A stretch of DNA of 64,000 nt from Candidatus Thorarchaeota archaeon (GCA_016839605.1 JAEOTX010000044.1:31854-95853); one strand, 5' to 3'; positions 38,351-46,755 are shown, counted from the stretch's first letter. A program made the numbers and translations. The notes: generated from the sequence alone by a model not told the origin.

Positions 38351-39757
38351 ATGTCAAGAAAGCCGATTGTGGTTCGTCCCCGTAGCATTGGGCTTTCTTC
38401 ACTGCGCATGGGGCGGTTCTATACTGTTGCATCGGTTGAACTAGGCAACACGACCACGAAATGCATAATCGTAACAACGAATCTGGAGACCGCAGAGATT
38501 TTCGAGATTGAAAAGGAGATTCGGATGACCAGAGGTGTTCGTCCACCAGTGAAGGGCGAGGAGGTCTTTGGCCGTACCCTCACAGGTGTAGATCTGACCC
38601 GAGAATCAGTTACTGAGTTGGTGTCAGACATTCTCAGAACCGCATTGAATCGTGCACGCCTTGACATTGAGAATGACCTTCATTTCGTTGTACGTTCCAC
38701 GGGGGTGACCGCTGGATTTGCCGATCCGGAGGAGGTTGGAGCGATTGTAAAAGCACTTGCAGAAGGCTGTCTTCATGCAGGTGTAGCACCTAGAAAAATG
38801 GCTGCCGCTATATCGCCAGAGAATCTTCCTCCTAGTCTGAGGGACTTCACCTGGCTTCACAAAGTATATTTCGATGGTGCAGTTGCTAGTTCGCTTCCTC
38901 CATCAAATGCAGAGATAGTTGCTAACGAGATGGAGGGTGAGTTAGTAACAGCTGGATTGAAAGGAGCGGCAAAGAGTACAGATGTCGACTTCAGAAATCC
39001 AGTCATGACACTTGATTTTGGAACTACCCTCGCAGGAAGAATAACAGATAACGGGCATCCGTATGCAAAGACCATCGGCTCATTTGCAGGTCTGGCAGGA
39101 GCGATTCCTGATGCGTTGGTCAGGGGAACGGGAAATGTGGAAGAACAGACTGGTTGTATCCTTGATATCAAAAACTCCGAGCGCCCTCGGAAAAATCAGA
39201 TAGACGATTCTTGGGTAGATGAAATTCTTGCACATATACGAGTTGTACGAGTACCAACCGGAATTAGCAGATTTGGGACAGTTCCTGTCAACGTGAAAGC
39301 TGCAGAGGAATCTGACGTAATTCTGATGGGAGTAGATGCAGGAGAAAATGGATCTGGCCTATTAGACCTGGAACTAATCGGAAGGAAGATTGCTGAAGAA
39401 TCCAGCATTGATACACTGTTGGCTCTCATCGATGTTGTGCAATTTCATGTTGTGCAACGTCTGGTCAACTTAGCGATTTCTGAGGGACTAATTCTTGATG
39501 ACACTTCTTTCGGACTCACAGGAAGAGCAATCACGACTGGAAATAAGCCCAGATTAATCAATTCACAGCTCTCGCTAGAAGATGGCAAAAGGTGGACTGA
39601 GTCGCATCAATTGCTCTTTGTGGAAGATGGTCTAGCAATGGGTGCGGCAGTTGCCGCTCGGTGTATGAATTCAATGGGAACGATTCATAATCCAATGGGC
39701 GGCCGAAAGGGGGACAAGTGTATAATGGGTGCTCGAATGAAGCGTCAGCGGTCATAG
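38351..39757 (+). CDS. ASKHA-fold ATPase-like protein (diol-dehydratase-reactivase / corrinoid activase-like)
   Basis: 468 aa. The phosphate-1-like motif VELGNTTTKCII and a second DFGTTLAG motif resemble the actin/Hsp70-like ATPase fold seen in DdrA/PduG-type reactivases. No Fe-S Cys cluster motif. The assignment is tentative. Confidence 0.5.
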   Translation: MSRKPIVVRPRSIGLSSLRMGRFYTVASVELGNTTTKCIIVTTNLETAEIFEIEKEIRMTRGVRPPVKGEEVFGRTLTGVDLTRESVTELVSDILRTALNRARLDIENDLHFVVRSTGVTAGFADPEEVGAIVKALAEGCLHAGVAPRKMAAAISPENLPPSLRDFTWLHKVYFDGAVASSLPPSNAEIVANEMEGELVTAGLKGAAKSTDVDFRNPVMTLDFGTTLAGRITDNGHPYAKTIGSFAGLAGAIPDALVRGTGNVEEQTGCILDIKNSERPRKNQIDDSWVDEILAHIRVVRVPTGISRFGTVPVNVKAAEESDVILMGVDAGENGSGLLDLELIGRKIAEESSIDTLLALIDVVQFHVVQRLVNLAISEGLILDDTSFGLTGRAITTGNKPRLINSQLSLEDGKRWTESHQLLFVEDGLAMGAAVAARCMNSMGTIHNPMGGRKGDKCIMGARMKRQRS

Positions 39758-39833
39758 GGATTCAATGCTTCAAATCTGCTCATTGAGAGGTTTTATCTTA
39801 GTATGCCGCCTCGCCCGATTTGAGGAATCCTTT

Positions 39834-40646
39834 ATGGAAATCATCCCCATTCAGACACGAGTCATCTCTGAAGATGATGATATACTAGAAGTTCTTGTCA
39901 CTTCATTGCAGGATGTCGGTCTTGATTTGAAAGACAATGATATTCTCGGTATCGCAGAAACTCCATTGGGAACAACAGAAGGCCGCGTAATCAACCTTGC
40001 AGACGTTGAGCTCAGTGAGGAGGCGATTGAGCTTGCAGATGAGTATGACCTCATTCCTGAAGTGGCTGAACTCGTATTAAGGGAAGCAGATGAGATTCTG
40101 GGAGGGATTCCACATATTCTTCTGACCATCAAGAACAACACACTCATGGCCAATGCTGGTGTAGACAAATCCAACGTTCCTCCTGACCATGCATCTCTCT
40201 TACCTGTTGATTCAAGGAGCAGTGCAGAACGAATCAGGCTGGAAGCAAGGAACCGGTATGGAAGAGATATCGGGGTCTTGGTGATTGACAGTAGAACCCA
40301 ACCACTGCGTTTGGGGAATATCGGCATGGCGCTAGGTGTGGCTGGATTCCGACCAGTTGCGGATGACAGAGGAAGACTTGATTTATTCGGCAACGAGATG
40401 CGGATAACTAGGAGGGCAATTGCAGACAATCTTGCGTCGGCGTGTACAGCAGTGATGGGTGAGTCAGATGAATCAATACCTGGAGTATTAATTCGCTCTG
40501 CACCAGTGGAGTTTATTGACGAATCATTTGACTCCTCTGCAATGTGGATTAGTCCGCAGGAATGCATGTATATGGCCATATTCGACCAATGGCGAGTTGG
40601 CAGCTCAGCAGCGAAAAACGATGCGCGGATAGCATTCGAAGAATGA
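39834..40646 (+). CDS. CofE-like gamma-glutamyl ligase family protein
   Basis: About 270 aa from the ATG at 39834. ILGIAETPLGTTEGR, LMANAGVDKSNVP and VIDSRTQPLRLGNIGMALGVAGF resemble F420-0:glutamate ligase motifs. Confidence 0.7.
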   Translation: MEIIPIQTRVISEDDDILEVLVTSLQDVGLDLKDNDILGIAETPLGTTEGRVINLADVELSEEAIELADEYDLIPEVAELVLREADEILGGIPHILLTIKNNTLMANAGVDKSNVPPDHASLLPVDSRSSAERIRLEARNRYGRDIGVLVIDSRTQPLRLGNIGMALGVAGFRPVADDRGRLDLFGNEMRITRRAIADNLASACTAVMGESDESIPGVLIRSAPVEFIDESFDSSAMWISPQECMYMAIFDQWRVGSSAAKNDARIAFEE

Positions 40647-40851
40647 GTCCGAATCGAAGAGTCCTCTGAAAGATCGGATGTACATCCTCAGATGTAGATG
40701 AATGCTGGGTCTCCAGAATTCATTACTTCAGTTATGCTGCTGAGCCATATGTTCGTGCTATGAACATTATTTAGGCTGCCCGCAAGAATGATTTGTTGAC
40801 CGCGAGCAAGCACTACTTGCTCACACGAAAGAGAAAAAAGGGCAGCTCGGT

Positions 40852-42252
40852 TTGCGCCATGAGCTGAATATATCGACCAGACCGGAGAATGATGATTTGA
40901 CGAAGATAGTCCTCATTGATGTCAAGACAGCTGGCACATCAGGGGACATGTTTCTTTCTGCATTGGTGGACTTTCTGGGTGAAGATGACGCTCTTCTTCC
41001 TGTGGCTGCAAGCCTACTAATATTTGACCCATCATTGCGAGTCCGATTTGCAACTAAAAGTGATGATGATATTTCAGGTGTTCAATTGAAGGTTTCAAAG
41101 GACTCAGGTATGCGCTTCAAACCGAACGATTTGATTGAGATGATGGATGCCGTAGCTGAGGAGTTGGAGCTTTCACCTGCCGCAAAGCAGATTTCCCAAA
41201 GGGCATTGAATGAGATTCTGAAAGCTGAATCAAGGGCCCATGAGACCCCGATAGACAAGTTGCACCTTCATGAAACTGGTTCAGTCGATACCATTCTCGA
41301 TTTGGTTGGAACTGCATATCTCATGGAACGCGCAGGACTTCTTATTGATTCAAAGATAATTGCCACTCACGTTGCGGTGGGGAGTGGTACAATTGAGACA
41401 GAGCATGGCCTTCTCGAAGTGCCTGTTCCAGCAGTAGCTGAGATACTTGTTGCTAATGACGTTCCGTTCATAATGGGTGAGGCTAAGACTGAAGTCCTAA
41501 CACCCACTGGCGCGGCTCTTCTCGCAACTTTGGCTTCTGAATTCATCGAGTCCTCAGAAGGATTCGTTGTCAAACAGCAGGGCATCGGATTCGGCTCTCG
41601 TGACTTGGGCGAGGTGGCCAACCGCATGAGGGTCGTTGTGGGCGAGTTCGTTGATGAATCAAAGGTTAAACCAAAGAAGCCTGAAAAGAAGCCTGAGAAG
41701 AAGGAACGACCTAAAAAAGAACCTACAAAGAAGAAAGCTGCACCAAAGAAGAAAAAGGAGGATCGAGCTGAGATGATTGATTCCTGGAGCGCGGATGAAG
41801 TAATCGTCATCGAGACCAATGTTGACGATATCGATGGTGAAGTCATGGGGACAATGTTCGATACTCTCCTGTCTGAGGGCTTGGCATATGATGTGGTGAT
41901 GATTCCAGCCTATGGTAAGAAAAATCGTCCCAGTTATGTGGTCAAGGTAATTGCAGCCAAATCTGGGCTGAAGAGCATAGCGGAGATTTTGATCAAACAT
42001 CTTGGAACTCTAGGAATTCGATACGCGACTTGGGACAGACTCAAAGCTGCTAGAGAGACCATTGTATGCAAAATGGAAATTGAGGGTCTGGAGTTCATGG
42101 TCCGTGTGAAGGTCTCTCGAGGCATTGATGGGAGCATAATCAACATCAAGCCCGAAGCTGATGATGTCATGAAGGTTTCAAGGGAAACCGGAATTCCAGT
42201 ACGTGCGCTTAAACCTAGGATTGCTATGCAAGCTCACGCAATTACCGAATAG
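40852..42252 (+). CDS. larC: LarC family nickel insertion protein (DUF111) with Lys-rich insertion
   Basis: 466 aa with N-terminal IVLIDVKTAGTSGDMFLSALVDF and HLHETGSVDTILDLVG motifs. The central insertion is KVKPKKPEKKPEKKERPKKEPTKKKAAPKKKKE. TTG start. Confidence 0.8.
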   Translation: MRHELNISTRPENDDLTKIVLIDVKTAGTSGDMFLSALVDFLGEDDALLPVAASLLIFDPSLRVRFATKSDDDISGVQLKVSKDSGMRFKPNDLIEMMDAVAEELELSPAAKQISQRALNEILKAESRAHETPIDKLHLHETGSVDTILDLVGTAYLMERAGLLIDSKIIATHVAVGSGTIETEHGLLEVPVPAVAEILVANDVPFIMGEAKTEVLTPTGAALLATLASEFIESSEGFVVKQQGIGFGSRDLGEVANRMRVVVGEFVDESKVKPKKPEKKPEKKERPKKEPTKKKAAPKKKKEDRAEMIDSWSADEVIVIETNVDDIDGEVMGTMFDTLLSEGLAYDVVMIPAYGKKNRPSYVVKVIAAKSGLKSIAEILIKHLGTLGIRYATWDRLKAARETIVCKMEIEGLEFMVRVKVSRGIDGSIINIKPEADDVMKVSRETGIPVRALKPRIAMQAHAITE

Positions 42253-42259
42253 TGTTTTC

Positions 42260-44539
42260 TCAGTGTTTTGGTGCGTGAGCGAGAACATCTTTCTTCGAAG
42301 GTAAGTCCTGTTCATCAAGATACTGGTGAGGTATTAGATTCTCAAATGCTCTGAAACAGAGGTCTGCATACGCTTTCGGGTCGTATCTTGTCGCGTCATC
42401 GAACAATTCCAATGCTCTGACACGACGCAGTGGGCTCTCTGAGTCAGCACTCACAAGAACATAGCGTACTTTCTGGCCTGCATTCAATTCTCGACCGCTC
42501 TCTACAAGCTGTTGAGCAACTATCGCCGCTCTTGATGTGGCACGATATTCATGTGGCGCACGTGTTAGGCGATTGTGTAGAACCAAGTCCCTGATGTCGA
42601 CATTTCCTTGGTAGAGCCTCTCAATGAACTCCTGACACACCAAATGCGCCTCTGGTATCTTCTCTATGAACTCAGTCTTGTTGTGGGCCTGAGCGAATAC
42701 CTTGATCATTGAAATCTGACAATCGCCCACATACAGGCAGGTGTCACGCCTTCTAGTTTCAATCCCCCGTGTCTTGATACCTCCGTTGGTATAGACGCCA
42801 TAATACCGATTCAATGGTGCAATAGATGGATGAAGTCGTGATGAGGGAATCACCATCCACTTGAATATCCCCTTCAGGGACATCTTGATATTGGTCTTCT
42901 CCGTGACGCGTCTACAGAACTCTTGAAGTGTGTCATAGTCAGGGCCTTTTTTGGATCTGAGCCAAACTGAGTCAACAATGCCATGTATTAGCTCAAGACC
43001 CATGTCTTCCCCTATGTCCTGTGTCTGTAAGAGCACATCTCTTGCCAATCCAGTGACTGCTGTGTGTGCCTCCACTCTCCCAAACCTGGCATTCTTGAAG
43101 CCCAGGTATCCAAAACATGAAACCAGTATGCCCTTGAGAGTGTTCTGCATTCGTTCGTACTTCTTGGCCTCATAGCCTCGCTCTATCAGCTGTGTGAAGG
43201 CTTCACGTTTCTCTAATACTAGCTCCAGTGACCGAGCCACAATGCCTCTCTTTCGTTGACAGATGCGAATTGGCACCTCGGGGACATCGACGCAGTTCTC
43301 GGGGCTGTCTGGACAATCTTCAACCGTGCAGATGGTCTCCGGACTTATGTTCCGTGTCACCATTAGTGTCGGATACATCGATGAGAAGTCACATTCCGAG
43401 ATGTTCTCATAGATGTCTGGCTTTGGTTGCAGGATGAGGCCCCCTCTATCTATGGACGCCAAGTCGTTTATGGTCTTCAGAAACTCGGGGTTCTTCTTCA
43501 CAGGTGGTATCAGGATACCCATCTTGAAGGCATTATAGTACTGGACAGCCGCATTGATTGTGCCAATTGACATCCGAGATGCTCTCTGTGGTCTTGCATA
43601 TGCAAGCCTGCAGCCCTCCATCACCCCCTCAAGGCCTGTTGGTGAGTAATAGAAGCTCTGCATTCTGTCAATGTGGAGTCGCCCCTTAAACATGACCTGG
43701 TTACCTGATCGAAAGAAGACCTGATTGTATACCCAGAATGACTTGGCCTCCTTCTTCTTGACATTCAAGGGTGACCCATCCCGTGACATGACAAGCTTCA
43801 CGCCATTCAACTTTGCTCGTAGTGTCAAGTACCTGAACAGGGTCGCATCGCCATCTCTGGTGACTATCACATCCGGGTCAATTCCATCAATGGTCCTCTG
43901 GAACTCCTGTAGAATCTCTCTCTCACTCTCACCCTCAATTCGAATGGTGAGTCCTTTGTGATATACGTCAATATGGTGAATCTTGTCCTCTATTCTAGGA
44001 AAGATTCGTCTAGCGTCAATGAATACCTCAAAGCCAATCTCTTCCAGATCTGGCATCTCATAGTCAGAGTCCCCTCGTCTGTCGATACATCGTATCGCGG
44101 TGACAATGTTTCCCTCTGACTCGAAGACGACCTTACCGAACGGGAAGATGTCATCATGGATGAAGAATTGATGTACGGGGTCGATGTCGCCATGAAAGAC
44201 AGTGGCTCCCGGAAGCCGCTCTAGGTCTTCTGCCACCTCCCTGTGAGCATCTGGTGTGGTGGAGACCTCCAATACGCGACTCATCTCTTGGTCATAGACA
44301 CTGACACGTTTCTGAGTGAATCCTGTCTTAGTCACCTTGGGATGCGCACGAACCACCTTGAGGATGTCATCATAACTCCAGTCCAGTCCTTTCTTCTTCT
44401 CACGGCTGACAAAGACTGAGGGATGGAACCCTCTGTACACATAGCCGAGGGTCTTTCCACTGGCCTTGATCCACAACGTCAGTGCCTGATTCCTGTAGTC
44501 GACGGTGGCATCAAGGAGCCATCCGACTTGCTTCATCAT
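42260..44539 (-). CDS. polB: family B DNA polymerase, PolB2-like (degenerate exonuclease and motif C)
   Basis: 759 aa with motif A DFSSMYPT, motif B-like KGILVSCFGYLG and motif C region HGIVDS instead of YGDTDS. The ExoI/ExoII-equivalent regions read IGFEVFID and RDGDATLFRYL. Confidence 0.9.
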   Translation of the reverse strand: MMKQVGWLLDATVDYRNQALTLWIKASGKTLGYVYRGFHPSVFVSREKKKGLDWSYDDILKVVRAHPKVTKTGFTQKRVSVYDQEMSRVLEVSTTPDAHREVAEDLERLPGATVFHGDIDPVHQFFIHDDIFPFGKVVFESEGNIVTAIRCIDRRGDSDYEMPDLEEIGFEVFIDARRIFPRIEDKIHHIDVYHKGLTIRIEGESEREILQEFQRTIDGIDPDVIVTRDGDATLFRYLTLRAKLNGVKLVMSRDGSPLNVKKKEAKSFWVYNQVFFRSGNQVMFKGRLHIDRMQSFYYSPTGLEGVMEGCRLAYARPQRASRMSIGTINAAVQYYNAFKMGILIPPVKKNPEFLKTINDLASIDRGGLILQPKPDIYENISECDFSSMYPTLMVTRNISPETICTVEDCPDSPENCVDVPEVPIRICQRKRGIVARSLELVLEKREAFTQLIERGYEAKKYERMQNTLKGILVSCFGYLGFKNARFGRVEAHTAVTGLARDVLLQTQDIGEDMGLELIHGIVDSVWLRSKKGPDYDTLQEFCRRVTEKTNIKMSLKGIFKWMVIPSSRLHPSIAPLNRYYGVYTNGGIKTRGIETRRRDTCLYVGDCQISMIKVFAQAHNKTEFIEKIPEAHLVCQEFIERLYQGNVDIRDLVLHNRLTRAPHEYRATSRAAIVAQQLVESGRELNAGQKVRYVLVSADSESPLRRVRALELFDDATRYDPKAYADLCFRAFENLIPHQYLDEQDLPSKKDVLAHAPKH

Positions 44540-44805
44540 GCATCCTTCTCTAACTCGGCGACCTTCTGACGGAGCCCATCAATCTCGCTTCGCATATTGA
44601 GAAACATGGACACAAAGGCGACCTCTAGTACACGTGGTGTGACTATCATCGTTCCAGCATCGGCATACTCTCTGGCACTGTCGAATATGTAATCAAGTAA
44701 TTCTCGTTCCTGTGGTGTCAATACCCTTCGGAATCCTTTCCACTTTGATTCCTCTATGTTTATGCTTTGGCGAAAAGTTCTAGCTGTTCTACCTATGATT
44801 CTCAT
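44536..44805 (-). CDS. hypothetical small protein translationally coupled to polB
   Basis: 89-aa ORF whose stop overlaps the polB start by 4 nt (ATGA). C-terminal coiled-coil-like segment; no recognised family. Confidence 0.55.
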   Translation of the reverse strand: MRIIGRTARTFRQSINIEESKWKGFRRVLTPQERELLDYIFDSAREYADAGTMIVTPRVLEVAFVSMFLNMRSEIDGLRQKVAELEKDA

Positions 44806-44914
44806 CTCCTATCAGGCGGCACGTGGCGTAAAGTCTTGCAGGTGCAGAACAGTATGCATCCAATGATTGTGGGTCTTTTGGAGTGCCTTTGTTCACCAGA
44901 TGGGAGACGTATGT

Positions 44915-44942
44915 GGGGGACTGATTCCCGAAAGTAAACCGG
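44915..44942 (-). repeat. copy A of a shared ~25-nt upstream motif (GACTGATT-N-CCGAAAGTAAA)
   Basis: GGGGGACTGATTCCCGAAAGTAAACCGG, lying 110-137 nt upstream of the 89-aa ORF start on the minus strand. Near-identical to 45961-45988. Confidence 0.6.
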
Positions 44943-44969
44943 TGACAACTGACTGGTCGTGTAAGTAGT

Positions 44970-45884
44970 CTAGCTTCGTTTCACAGTAGCAACAATTGCA
45001 GCGGCTACTACTGCAATACCGACTGCCGACCCAGCTGCTAGTATCATTAGACCAAGTCTATCAGTGTCTCTTGGTATGCCGCTAATCACATCTGCAAACT
45101 GCGTGGTCCGTAGGTGATACTCAACGGTGAACTCCCCTGTAACTGATGCAGACATATCTTCCTTGAGTCGGAGCCCGCTATTCTTCTCAAATTGGATTTG
45201 ATGAGAGAAATCTGAAACAGCAAGAGGAATTTCATTGGCTTGAGTAATCCAAGTATCGTATCCTTGGTACTCGCCATCGCCAGATATCGTGAATTCTGGA
45301 TGAGCAGATACACCAATGCTTGCAATTGAAGAATTCGCAAGATAGACGGTAGTCACCGTTCCTACTCCTTCTAGTTGCCATGCTGGATAAATCGCCGTCC
45401 ACTCGAAGCAAGTTGGTTCATCGAAATAGGCCGCCATAGCTGCGAACGATGCTTCGTATGGAACCTGAGATAACGTAACCTCGCCAGTACCCTTCCTCAC
45501 CTGTCGGAGCATCTCAAATGATGATTCGCCGATGCCGACTAGCTGCATCTCGTCATCGTAGAACCTCAGACCGTAGCTGGTAGCATTGTACCTGTTCCCC
45601 GTAGTAATCTGATATGCCTCCTTTACAGCATATTCCAAATTGTAATCAAACTGGACTATGGTGTCAGAAATGGATTTGACTGCAATGGTCTCTTTGATGC
45701 TGACATTCATGGCAAATATCGTGCAAACTTCGAAGTGTGAATAATGCCATCCTTCAGAAATCATAACGCCATCATTGATGTGGAAGGTTAAACCCGCATT
45801 GTTATTTGGTACCAACAATACCGCTACTATAAGAAAGACAAGTGTTGCAGTACTTCTCATAGCTTCTCCCATCTGAATCTTCAT
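44970..45884 (-). CDS. hypothetical secreted protein with C-terminal membrane anchor
   Basis: Signal-like N-terminus (MRSTATLVFLIVAVLLVP) if started at 45884 or 45860. C-terminal helix LMILAAGSAVGIAVVAAAIVATV followed by KRS. The ORF-track start at 46145 is probably too far upstream. Confidence 0.55.
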   Translation of the reverse strand: MKIQMGEAMRSTATLVFLIVAVLLVPNNNAGLTFHINDGVMISEGWHYSHFEVCTIFAMNVSIKETIAVKSISDTIVQFDYNLEYAVKEAYQITTGNRYNATSYGLRFYDDEMQLVGIGESSFEMLRQVRKGTGEVTLSQVPYEASFAAMAAYFDEPTCFEWTAIYPAWQLEGVGTVTTVYLANSSIASIGVSAHPEFTISGDGEYQGYDTWITQANEIPLAVSDFSHQIQFEKNSGLRLKEDMSASVTGEFTVEYHLRTTQFADVISGIPRDTDRLGLMILAAGSAVGIAVVAAAIVATVKRS

Positions 45885-45960
45885 TGGAAAAGTCTGTTGA
45901 TATGGGATACCAGTCAGGCTTGCCGAAAGTAACGACCAGATGTTATGCCATTGCTTTGAG

Positions 45961-45988
45961 GGTGACTGATTTCCGAAAGTAAAACCAG
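45961..45988 (-). repeat. copy B of the shared upstream motif; a third core copy CCGAAAGTAA lies at 45923-45932
   Basis: GGTGACTGATTTCCGAAAGTAAAACCAG, lying 77-104 nt upstream of the candidate start at 45884. Confidence 0.6.
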
Positions 45989-46041
45989 CGTGCTGTTTAC
46001 CATGTCGTAACAGATAACAGTAGGCACCCCAACATATCATT

Positions 46042-46755
46042 TTGAACAAAATGCCTTTCCCAGCAAGGTCTATGATTCGAATTCGAAGAGCTAATGGATA
46101 CAAGATATTAGCTATCTTGCTTTCCTCGTCAGTTCTGATCACCACAACAATTGCATGCTTTCCTATCGCCTCATACGATTTACCACCCGGGCCTCTGTTT
46201 GATGAATTTCTCCTGGAAGGAAAGTTCTTGGGCTATGATCTGTGGATTGATGCGGGTGTTTGGGTAGTTATTGAGGTGTTTTCTGAATTCAATGCGAGAA
46301 TCAGAATCGAAACTTGGGTTGAGAGTGAGAGGGCTGCATATATTCTGAGCGATTCAACATCCACGCATGAGGAGTTCACACTGGGAAAATCCTCCCAGGG
46401 ACAGTCTGTGTTTATCTTGATCATTCCTAGACTAGATACCAATGTCCGGGCTGAGATAATAGATTCCTCTTCCACTGCTACTAACAAAATAGATGTTCTC
46501 CCCACTCATTCCTGGTTTCTGATTCTATCATTTTCAGCTGTTTTTGTAGACGCTCATTTGTTTTCTGGCTGGCTGAGAGACACAACTGAACAGAAGAGAG
46601 AACGAAAGGTGCGAGCAAAGAAGAAGCGTTCTGATGATGAAGTCTGTATACCTTTGGAATATGTCCTGATTTCAAGGGTAAGAAGCCTGTATGCCAAGCG
46701 GGATAAATCCGATAGATACTGCTTATGCGAGCGCCTTAAACACACGAGAGGCTAA
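46042..46755 (+). CDS. hypothetical membrane protein (uncertain)
   Basis: 237-aa ORF with two hydrophobic segments (ILAILLSSSVLITTTIACF, WFLILSFSAVFV) and a basic tail. Its 3' end overlaps the convergent gene 46723-47367 by 33 nt. No family recognised. Confidence 0.35.
   Translation: MNKMPFPARSMIRIRRANGYKILAILLSSSVLITTTIACFPIASYDLPPGPLFDEFLLEGKFLGYDLWIDAGVWVVIEVFSEFNARIRIETWVESERAAYILSDSTSTHEEFTLGKSSQGQSVFILIIPRLDTNVRAEIIDSSSTATNKIDVLPTHSWFLILSFSAVFVDAHLFSGWLRDTTEQKRERKVRAKKKRSDDEVCIPLEYVLISRVRSLYAKRDKSDRYCLCERLKHTRG

Noticed and set aside
39851-40579. 242-aa ORF antisense to the CofE-like gene. Similar long antisense ORFs lie at 41367-41846 (LarC), 54483-54962 (CooC), 16707-17177 (radical SAM) and 1474-1863 (pantoate kinase).
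   Set aside because: They have Ser/Pro/Arg-rich low-complexity translations with no motifs, and each lies entirely within a sense gene that has strong family motifs. These are typical shadow ORFs.
42260-46755. The PolB region considered as a casposon, provirus or plasmid insertion.
   Set aside because: No Cas1, integrase, terminal inverted repeats, capsid or packaging genes, or tRNA-adjacent att-like duplication were seen. The flanking genes are ordinary chromosomal genes.
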